A DNA stretch of 64,000 bases, taken from NCBI GenBank assembly GCA_965209055.1, contig OZ242374.1, forward strand, positions 3,296,001 through 3,360,000, written 5' to 3'. Numbering within the stretch: position 1 is the first letter of the stretch; each line of letters opens with the position of its first letter. Under the pieces are notes generated by a model, which was not told where the DNA came from, did no database searches, and worked only from the letters and a program-made list of their open reading frames with translations. The position numbers and the translations under genes were made by a program. Source of the stretch: Acidobacteriota bacterium (GTDB lineage Bacteria > Acidobacteriota > UBA6911 > RPQK01 > JAJDTT01). Positions 20,132-28,800 of the stretch are shown in pieces.

Positions 20132-22489
20132 ATGAGTCGACCTCTGCTTTCCCTTATCCTGTCGTTGGTTCTGGTCCTTCAGGGAATGGCGCCGCTGGAA
20201 GCGGCGGCGCGGGCCAAAACCGGCGACGGCGACGCCTTTCGGGATTCGGTCCTGCCCTTCTTGAACCAAAACTGCGTCGGTTGTCACAACCGCCAACTGA
20301 AGACGGGCGGCTTGGAGTTGGACTCCTTTCCCGAGTCCGGTACGGGTCCGCGGGAGCCGGCCCTCTGGAAGCAGGTTCGGGAGAAGCTGGTCCGCGGAGA
20401 GATGCCGCCTCCCGGCCAGGACCGGCCCGAGCCCAAGGCCGTCGAGGCGGTGCTGGCGTGGATTCGAAGCCTTGTGGGGGACTCGGCCGATGCTCGCGGT
20501 GATCGACGGCCCGACCCGGGACGCGTCACGGCCCGGCGCCTGAACCGGGCGGAATACGACAACACCATCCGCGATCTGTTGGGCGTCGATCTGAAGCCCG
20601 CGGCCGACTTTCCGGCGGACGACTCGGGTTACGGCTTCGACAACATCGGAGACGTCCTCTCGCTGCCTCCCATCCTGATGGAGAAGTACATGGCGGCGGC
20701 GGAGCGGATCGCCGAAGCGGCCATCGTGGCCCGGCCGCCGGTGGAGGCGACCCTGGTGAAATACCTGGCGCCCCGGGAGGCGGAGATGGAGGGATTCTTC
20801 CCGGCCGGGGACTACCGGATCGATCACGAATTTCCGGCCGCAGGCGAATACGAGCTCCGGGTCCGGGTCGTGGACCGCCGCTACCGGCCCAAGAAGGATG
20901 AGCCGCCTCCGCCCATGCCGGCGAACGGCATCATGGCGGTCTCCTTCGACGGCAACCGGATGAAGACCTTCGAAGTGGAACCGAACGTCTACGAGCGGGG
21001 GACCTTCGACGTCACCCTGGACGCCGGCGCGCGAAAGCTGGAACTGTACGCCCACTTCCTGTCCGACGGCATGGAGAACATCCCCGAGCCCGTGGACCGG
21101 GACAACTCCTACAAGGGAGAGCGGAAACTTTTCGTGGACAATTTCCTGCTCCTGGGCCCCCTGAAGGCGCGGCCGCTTCCCGTGACCGAGAGCCACCGCA
21201 GGCTCATGACCTGCGGCGACGCGGACGGCGGGTTCCAGCCCGATTGCGCCCGCCGGATCTTGGAACGATTGCTGCGCCGGGCCTACCGGCGACCGTTGCG
21301 GGAGGGCGAAGTCGATTCGGTCCTGCGGCTGGTGGAGATGGCCTGCAAGGAGGGCGATTCCTTCGCCGAGGCGATGCGGGTGGCGGTTCGGGCGGTCCTG
21401 GTCTCCCCCCACTTCCTGTTCCGGATCGAGCGGGACCCCGATCCCATCGATCCTGATCTGGCCCACGAGATCGACTCCCACGAGCTGGCGGCCCGGCTCT
21501 CCTATTTCCTCTGGAGCAGCATGCCCGACGACGAGCTGTTCCGCCTGGCCGACAGCTCGGAACTGGCCGAAGCGGCGGTCCTGGAGGCTCAGGTGCGCCG
21601 CATGCTGGCCGATCCCAAGGCTCGGGCGCTGGCTGAAAATTTCGCCGGGCAATGGCTGGAGCTCCGCAACCTCGACGAGGTCCGTCCCGACCCGGACCTT
21701 TTCCCCGACTTCGATGCCCCCTTGCGCGCCTCCATGAGGCGGGAGACGGAACTCTTCTTCGAAACGGTCCTGAACGAGAACCTGAGCATTCTCGAGTTCC
21801 TGGATGCCAGGTTCAGCTTTCTCAACCAGCGCCTGGCGCGCCACTACGGGGTCGAAGGCATCGCGGGCGACCACTTCCGGCGGGTCGAGCTCGACGGCCT
21901 CCAACGTGCCGGGGTCCTGACCCAGGCGAGCATTCTCACGCTCTCTTCCTACCCCACCCGAACCTCGCCGGTGCTCCGCGGGAAGTGGCTGCTGGAGAAC
22001 ATCCTGGGGACGCCGCCGCCCGACCCTCCTCCCGGGATTCCCGAGCTGGAGGCGGAGAAGGTGGGATTCGAGGCAACGTTGCGGGAACAGTTGGAGCAGC
22101 ACCGCTCCAACCCCGGATGCGCCTCCTGCCACATCAAGATGGACGCCCTGGGGTTCGGACTGGAAAACTACGACCCGGTGGGCGCCTGGCGAACCCGCCA
22201 GGGGAAGTTTCCCATCGACTCGGCCGGAACGCTCCCGGGGGGACGGTCCTTCACCAACCCTTCGGAGCTTCGCGCTATTCTGTTGGAGGACCGGAAGGAC
22301 TTCGCTCGCTGTCTGACCGAGAAGATGCTAACCTACGCCCTAGGACGGGGACTGGAAGAATACGACCGGCCCGCCGTCGACAAGATCCTCCTGGGGTTGG
22401 AGCAGGACTACTACCGATTGTCCCGTCTGGTGTTGGAAATCGCCAACAGCATGCCGTTCCGGATGAGGCGGGGAGAGGAAGAAAGATGA
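20132..22489 (+). CDS. DUF1587/1595/1592/1588/1585 planctomycete-type cytochrome c domain protein
   Basis: CVGCH and CASCH heme motifs; RRLNRAEYDNTIRDL, LAARLSYFLWSSMPD and TSPVLRGKW. Confidence 0.9.
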   Translation: MSRPLLSLILSLVLVLQGMAPLEAAARAKTGDGDAFRDSVLPFLNQNCVGCHNRQLKTGGLELDSFPESGTGPREPALWKQVREKLVRGEMPPPGQDRPEPKAVEAVLAWIRSLVGDSADARGDRRPDPGRVTARRLNRAEYDNTIRDLLGVDLKPAADFPADDSGYGFDNIGDVLSLPPILMEKYMAAAERIAEAAIVARPPVEATLVKYLAPREAEMEGFFPAGDYRIDHEFPAAGEYELRVRVVDRRYRPKKDEPPPPMPANGIMAVSFDGNRMKTFEVEPNVYERGTFDVTLDAGARKLELYAHFLSDGMENIPEPVDRDNSYKGERKLFVDNFLLLGPLKARPLPVTESHRRLMTCGDADGGFQPDCARRILERLLRRAYRRPLREGEVDSVLRLVEMACKEGDSFAEAMRVAVRAVLVSPHFLFRIERDPDPIDPDLAHEIDSHELAARLSYFLWSSMPDDELFRLADSSELAEAAVLEAQVRRMLADPKARALAENFAGQWLELRNLDEVRPDPDLFPDFDAPLRASMRRETELFFETVLNENLSILEFLDARFSFLNQRLARHYGVEGIAGDHFRRVELDGLQRAGVLTQASILTLSSYPTRTSPVLRGKWLLENILGTPPPDPPPGIPELEAEKVGFEATLREQLEQHRSNPGCASCHIKMDALGFGLENYDPVGAWRTRQGKFPIDSAGTLPGGRSFTNPSELRAILLEDRKDFARCLTEKMLTYALGRGLEEYDRPAVDKILLGLEQDYYRLSRLVLEIANSMPFRMRRGEEER

Positions 22490-23838
22490 TCACCGGGAAA
22501 CATTTGCACCGAAGGACCTTTCTGCGCGGATTGGGAACCGCCGTCGCGCTCCCCATGCTAGACGCCATGGCGCCGGCGTTCGCCAGCCGGGGCAGTGATC
22601 TGGTGGCTGCCCCCTGCCGTCTCAGCTTCGCCTACGTGCCCAACGGCATCATCATGGATGGCTGGACGCCGGCGGCCGAGGGGGCCCGGTTCGAGATTCC
22701 GGAGATCCTGAAACCTCTGGCCTCGACCCGCCAGGACTGGATGCTGCTCTCGGGCCTGACTCAGAACAACGGCCGGGCCTTGGGCGACGGACCCGGCGAC
22801 CATGCCCGGGCGGCGGCCTCGTACCTCACGGGAGTCCATCCCAAGAAGACCAAGGGTGCGGACATCAAGAACGGCATCTCGGTGGACCAGGTGGCGGCTC
22901 AAGCCATCGGCGATCGGACCCGGTTCCCCTCTCTGGAACTGGGAGTCGAACACGGCCGCATGGCCGGGAACTGCGACAGCGGCTACAGTTGCGCCTACAG
23001 CAACAGCATCGCCTGGCGCGGCGAGACCAGCCCCCTGCCTCCCGAGGTGAATCCGCGGCTGGTCTTCGAACGGCTCTTTGGCGCCGCGGACCGGAACACG
23101 GATCCCGCCTACCAGGCCAAGCAGCGCCGCTACCGCAGGAGCATCCTGGATTTCGTGCGGGAAGACACACAGCAGTTGAAGAGCCACCTGGGGCCCACGG
23201 ATCGGAGAAAGCTGGACGAGTACCTGCACGCTGTCCGTGAGATCGAGAAGAGAATCGAGCGGGCCGAGAACGAGGTTCAGGTGGCCCCGCCCAGTCTGGA
23301 CCGGCCGGCGGGGATCCCCATCGACTATGCCGAGCACGTCCGGTTGATGTACGACCTGCAGGTGCTGGCCTTCCAGACCGACATGACCCGCATCATCACG
23401 TTCATGTACGGCATGGAGGGAAGCAATCGAACCTACCGGGAAATCGGAGTCACCGGCGCCCACCACGGCTTGACCCACCACCAGGGGAATGAGGACAAGA
23501 TCCGGGACATCACCAGGATCAACCAGTATCACATCGAGCAGTTCGCCTACTTCGTGGACCGGCTCCGCTCCACGCCGGACGGCGACGGCTCACTGCTGGA
23601 CCACTCCATCATCGTCTACGGAAGCGGCCTGTCCGACGGCAACGCGCACACGCATAACGATCTGCCGGTGCTGGTGGCCGGGCACGGGAACGGCAAGCTG
23701 CATCCGGGCCGGCACCTTCGTTACGCCGACGAGACTCCCATGACCAACCTCTATCTCTCCATACTGGACCGGGTCGGACTCCAACCCGAGTCTCTGGGGG
23801 ACAGCAATGGAAGGTTGGGGGAGCTGACCGAACTCTGA
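22486..23838 (+). CDS. DUF1552 (HXXSHH) family protein, Tat-exported
   Basis: RRTFLRG signal; YVPNG, ISVDQ, SLELG and HHGLTHH; ATGA overlap with the upstream gene. Confidence 0.9.
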   Translation: MITGKHLHRRTFLRGLGTAVALPMLDAMAPAFASRGSDLVAAPCRLSFAYVPNGIIMDGWTPAAEGARFEIPEILKPLASTRQDWMLLSGLTQNNGRALGDGPGDHARAAASYLTGVHPKKTKGADIKNGISVDQVAAQAIGDRTRFPSLELGVEHGRMAGNCDSGYSCAYSNSIAWRGETSPLPPEVNPRLVFERLFGAADRNTDPAYQAKQRRYRRSILDFVREDTQQLKSHLGPTDRRKLDEYLHAVREIEKRIERAENEVQVAPPSLDRPAGIPIDYAEHVRLMYDLQVLAFQTDMTRIITFMYGMEGSNRTYREIGVTGAHHGLTHHQGNEDKIRDITRINQYHIEQFAYFVDRLRSTPDGDGSLLDHSIIVYGSGLSDGNAHTHNDLPVLVAGHGNGKLHPGRHLRYADETPMTNLYLSILDRVGLQPESLGDSNGRLGELTEL

Positions 23839-23862
23839 CGCGTCAGACTCGCCGATCCGGAG

Positions 23863-24708
23863 TCAGTTGTCCGGATTGATCCGGACGCCCCACTTCTGCA
23901 AAGCGGTCAGCTGCTGGTCTTTGGCGGAGTCGCTGAGAGGGTTCCCCTTCAGGTAAAGGCGCAGGAACGGGGCGAAGCTCTTCTCGCCTTCGGCATCTTC
24001 CCGAACCATCTCCACCAAGGGGCCGAGGTCGGCGATCTTGTTGTCCTCCAGGAAGAGCATGCTCAATTCCTTCAGGCCCTTGAGCGGCGAGACGTCGCTG
24101 ATGCCGCACCCGCGCAGATCCAAGGTGGAGACCCAGCGCAAACCGCCCAGGACACCCATGTTCCGGAGGGGATTTCCACCCAGATAGAGGGACCACACCT
24201 TCTGGAGATCCTTCAGGGACGTGATGTCGGCAATCTGGTTGCCGGCCAGGTAGAGGGCGTTGAGGTTGACCAGCTTGGCCAGGGGCGCCACGTCGGAGAT
24301 CTGGTTCTGTGACAAGCCCAGATATTGAAGCTTGGTGAGTTCGGCCAGCGGGGAGAGGTCGGTGATCCGGTTGCCGGAGAGATCCAGGGACTGCAGGTTC
24401 TCCAGCGCCTTGACGGGACCGATGTCGATGATCTGGTTGTCGGAGAGGTCGACCTCGCCCAGATTGATGCAGAATTCGAGGCCGGTGAGATCCTTGATCT
24501 CCTTGCCCTTGGCTTTCAGGACGTAGACCTTGGTCGCGTCCTCCTTGCTCAGAGGCTCCTCGGTGTTCCGCTTCTCGAACACCTGGGTCCGGACCGCCGC
24601 CTCCAGATTCTTGTCCGGAAATACGCTCTCCTGCGCCGCAGTGGGCGCCAGAGCCGAAAGGCCCACCAGCAGCGCAGCACTCAGGCTGACGAAAAAGTGA
24701 CGTCCCAT
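23863..24708 (-). CDS. Secreted internalin-type leucine-rich repeat protein
   Basis: FPDKNLEAAVR cap; 22-aa LxxLxLxxNxIxDLSPL repeats; AGGAGG SD. Confidence 0.9.
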   Translation of the reverse strand: MGRHFFVSLSAALLVGLSALAPTAAQESVFPDKNLEAAVRTQVFEKRNTEEPLSKEDATKVYVLKAKGKEIKDLTGLEFCINLGEVDLSDNQIIDIGPVKALENLQSLDLSGNRITDLSPLAELTKLQYLGLSQNQISDVAPLAKLVNLNALYLAGNQIADITSLKDLQKVWSLYLGGNPLRNMGVLGGLRWVSTLDLRGCGISDVSPLKGLKELSMLFLEDNKIADLGPLVEMVREDAEGEKSFAPFLRLYLKGNPLSDSAKDQQLTALQKWGVRINPDN

Positions 24709-24771
24709 CGCCAAAGACCTCCTTTCAGGCCGAGTCCACCGAGTCTCACGGGGACGGCCCAACTGCGGGGG

Positions 24772-24780
24772 ATTGTAGCA
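24772..24780 (-). promoter_or_regulatory. Extended -10 promoter candidate for the LRR gene
   Basis: TGCTACAAT on the minus strand, about 65 nt upstream of ATG 24708. Confidence 0.45.
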
Positions 24781-24904
24781 GACCTTCAGGAGGGCTTCGT
24801 CGCCAGTTTCGACACCGGCCGGTCTCATGCCGGAATCAGCGTCGAATCCGTTCCTTCAACGGCTGGGCCGCGTCTGGTATAAGAAATCCCCTCCGGAGGC
24901 GCTC

Positions 24905-25657
24905 TTGGCTGGAAAGAAGATCACACTCGTCGACGATCGGGACTGGCCTCAGGCGGGGTTCGGTTTCGAACTCCCCATTCGCCGGAAGTCGTGCGCCCTG
25001 GGCGTGATCGACGTTCAGCACTACGCTTTGGACAGCGAAGGCGATCTGGCTCACACCGTACGAGCCGGAGGCAGTCCGGTCTTCCGGGATTTCTCGATTC
25101 AAGCGGAGCGGATGGTGGCCAACATTCGGAGGCTGCTCGCCGTCTTCAGGGAACTCGGCCGGCCGGTGGTCTACACGCGCCACGGCGCCTTTCTACCGGG
25201 CGGCCCCGATCTCATCGTCCGGCGGCGGGGACGCGAGGAGGTGGCGCACTCTGCGGGAGACGGATCGTCGGGACATATGGCGGTCCGCGGCGACTCGGGA
25301 CATGAGATCCTGGACGAAGTGGCGCCCCGCCGGGGAGAGCTGGTGCTGGACAAGAACACCAGCAGCGCCTTCCACAGCTCTCCCATGGATCTGCTCCTGC
25401 GCAACATGAAGGTCCAGACGCTGGTCCTGACCGGCCTGGCGACGGACCAGTGCGTTCTGGCCACGGCCATCGACGCCGCGGACCGGGGATTCCACGTCAT
25501 CATGGCCGCCGACGCCTGCGCCGGATTCGACGCCGGCAGCGCCGAGGCGGTGCAGATCCTCTTCGGCCGGGTCTGGGGCTACGTCATGCAGACGGAGGAC
25601 ATCATCCACTGGCTGCGAACCGGAGAGAAGCCGACCCGCACCCGCTTGCCGGCGTGA
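24905..25657 (+). CDS. Isochorismatase/cysteine hydrolase family
   Basis: VIDVQ, DKNTSSAF and GLATDQCV catalytic motifs; start set at TTG 24905 after GGAGG (alternative ATG 24827). Confidence 0.88.
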   Translation: MAGKKITLVDDRDWPQAGFGFELPIRRKSCALGVIDVQHYALDSEGDLAHTVRAGGSPVFRDFSIQAERMVANIRRLLAVFRELGRPVVYTRHGAFLPGGPDLIVRRRGREEVAHSAGDGSSGHMAVRGDSGHEILDEVAPRRGELVLDKNTSSAFHSSPMDLLLRNMKVQTLVLTGLATDQCVLATAIDAADRGFHVIMAADACAGFDAGSAEAVQILFGRVWGYVMQTEDIIHWLRTGEKPTRTRLPA

Positions 25658-25827
25658 CCAAACCATCCTTCCCGTGTACGTCTTCCGTGCGGATCACCCT
25701 TCGAGGGGACAGTGGATTCTCCAACGGCAAGTGGTTGTCGGTATTCGTCTCCAAGGGGGTCCGGGTGGTATTCTCCAACTCACATGGGATGTGTTGGGGC
25801 GCACCCTGATCACACCATTCTTCTGTC

Positions 25828-28800
25828 GTGCCGGTCGACGGGGGAGTCTTCTTGATCCATCTCCTGCTACGTCCCGGTTTGAGCCCAGTTGTTGCCTGGT
25901 GGCTGTTTTTCGTCCTGTCGTCGGCGCAAACGGGTGGCCCACTGTCAGAGGATGTTCGCGGGCCGGCGGACGACCCGATCGCCCGACCGGCGCAGCAGCC
26001 GGGGGAGACGGTTCTGTATTTCCCGGATTACGTGGACGGGGGCGGATGGTCGGTACAGGTGGTCCTCAGCAACGTCGACCCGGACGCCGCAGCCGAAGTC
26101 CGGATTGAAGTCTACGACCCGAACGGCCAGGCAGTGCGGGATCTGTTCGGCTCGGAATTGACGTTTGAGATCCCGTCCCTGGGCAGTCGGGTCTGGAAGA
26201 GTGCCGGCTCAGGGGCCATTCGGCGGGGTTGGATCCAAGTCGGGACCGATTCCCCCTCAGTGAGTGGACTGTTGACCTACCGGGACGCCCGATCGGGGGT
26301 CGAAGTCGGCGTGAAGCCCGTCGAGTTGGGATCTCAATTCGCGCTGTTCGTGGAGGACTCGCCGAGTGTCGGCGCCGGAGTCGCCGTTTTCAAGCCTGAC
26401 GACTCGTCCCGCCTCGAGCTTCGCGTCCGGGACGAGGCGGGGAACGACCCGTTGGAGGGAGGGTTCGTTTCCAGGGGAGATTTCCACCAGGTCGCGAACA
26501 CGCTTCCGGAATGGTTCACAGTGCAAGGAGACGATCCGGGATTCCTGGGGGACTTTCGGGGTCTCCTGTTCCTGGAGACCGAAGAGGAATCTCCCTTCGC
26601 CCCGGTGGGGCTGCGGTTCGGGAAACGGACCTCGTCGCTCTCGGCGGTGCCGGCAATCCGGACCCAACGTGAAGAACCTCAGGAAACGGATCTGCTCTTC
26701 CCCGACTACGTGGATGGAGAGGGATGGTCGGTGCAGTTGGCCCTCAGCAACTTCGACCCGGACGCCGAGGCCGAAGCCCGGGTGGAAGTCTACGACGCGG
26801 CTGGCTCGCCGGTCGCGGATCTGTTCGATTCTGATTTGACGCTGGAAATCCCCTCACTGGGCAGTCGAGTCTTGAGAAGCGCCGGCTCCGGGGCGATCCG
26901 GCGGGGTTGGATCCAAGTCCGGACCGATGCGGCTGCCGTCAGTGGACTGTTGACCTACCGGGACGCCCGATCAGGGATCGAAGTCGGTGTCGAGCCCGTC
27001 GGGTTGGGGAAGGAATTCGCGCTGTTCGTGGAGGAATCGGGGACCCTGGGGGCGGGACTGGCCCTCTTCAAACCGGAGGCGGGGTCCGGGATCGAGTTGA
27101 GATTTCGCGACGAGGAGGGGAACGATCCGTTGGACGGAGTGTACGTCCCATGGAGAGATTTTCATCAATCGGCGCAGACGCTCACGGAATGGCTCGACGT
27201 CCCCGGAGTGGATGCGGAATCTCTGGCCGATTTTCGCGGCCTCCTGTTTCTGAGAACCGGGGATGAATCCGGGTTCGCCCCGCTGGGCTTGCGGTTCGGG
27301 AAGAGAACCTCGTCGCTCTCGGCAGTGCCGGCGATCCGAATCCTGGACGGGAGCGGGATCGACGGCGGGAATGCTCCCCCGCCGACGGTAACGATCTCGG
27401 CCTCTCCCACATCGATCGATCGGGGCGGGAGCACGACGTTGACGTGGTCTTCCACGAGTGGGGAGAGCGCGGAGATCACCCCGGACGTCGGCGAGGTGCC
27501 GACTTCGGGCACGCTGAAGGTGACGCCGAACGCCACGACGACCTACCGCATCATGGTGACGGGAGCGGACGGACAGACGGCCTCGGCGTCGGTCACGGTG
27601 ACGGTGGCCGTTTCCGAGCGGGCGGCGCTGGGAGCGCTGTTCGATGCGCTGGGCGGATCGGGTTGGACCCGAAGCGACAACTGGGGGACGGGAGCCCCGC
27701 TGGCGGATTGGTACGGGGTCGAGGTCGACAGCCGGGGGCGGGTGATCGAACTGCGGATGGTTGTCTCGATCGTCGATGAAGACGGAAGATCTCAAACAAC
27801 AGGGATCGGATTGACCGGAAAGATCCCGCCGGAACTGGGCGCGCTCTCCCAGTTGAGAGTCCTGGATCTCAGGAGCAACCAACTGACGGGGCCGATCCCG
27901 CCGGAGCTGGGCCACCTGTCCAACCTGACGAGCCTGTACCTTGGTAACAACCAATTGACCGGGCCGATCCCGCCGGAATTGGGTCGCCTGTCCAATCTGA
28001 TGTGGCTGAACCTTAATGACAACCAGTTGACAGGGCCGATCCCGCCGGAATTGAGCGGCCTGTCCAATCTGAGGGAGCTGTACCTATTTAATAACCGGTT
28101 GACGGGATCGCTCCCGGCGGAATTGGGCGGCCTGTCCAATCTGACGAGGATGTACCTTCGGAACAACCAGTTGACAGGGCCGATTCCGCCTAGCTTTCTG
28201 AATCTGGAACTCGACTATTTTGATTTTCTCGACAATGCAAATACGGGTATCTGCGCCCCCGGCACGACCGGTTTCGTCAGATGGCTGCGGGGGATGGAAC
28301 AATACAATGGATCGTACTGCAATGAGTCCGACGTGGCCGTGCTCAAATTTCTGTACCGCGCCACCGGCGGTGCGGAGTGGACGAACTCGGGAGGCTGGCT
28401 CGGGGACGGCGCGGCGAGCGAATGGCACGGGGTCAGCACCGACTCCCTGGGATGGGTAACGGGACTCGACCTGAGTCGCAACGGACTTTCCGGTCAGGTC
28501 CCGGGACGCTTGGGAGAATTGGAGCATCTCACCGGCTTGCGGATCGACGGCAATCCACTCTCCGGACGGTTGCCGCTTTCCCTGGCGCGCCTTTCGCTGC
28601 GGGAGTTCCGCTACGGGGACACCGAACTGTGCGCACCGGTGGACGAGTCGTTCCAGGCCTGGCTGAACGCCATTCCGTCACACGACGGCACAGGCCGGAA
28701 GTGCATGCCGCTGACGGACCGGGAAATCCTGGCGGCGCTCTACGACGCGACCGGTGGGCCGAACTGGATGCAAAGCAATAACTGGCTGACGGACAGTCCC

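Noticed and set aside
16586-22132. Very long ORFs 16586..20044 (+) and the 5' extension of 17186..22132 (-)
   Set aside because: Antisense shadows of real GC-rich genes; the real minus-strand gene starts at about 19939 after an SD.
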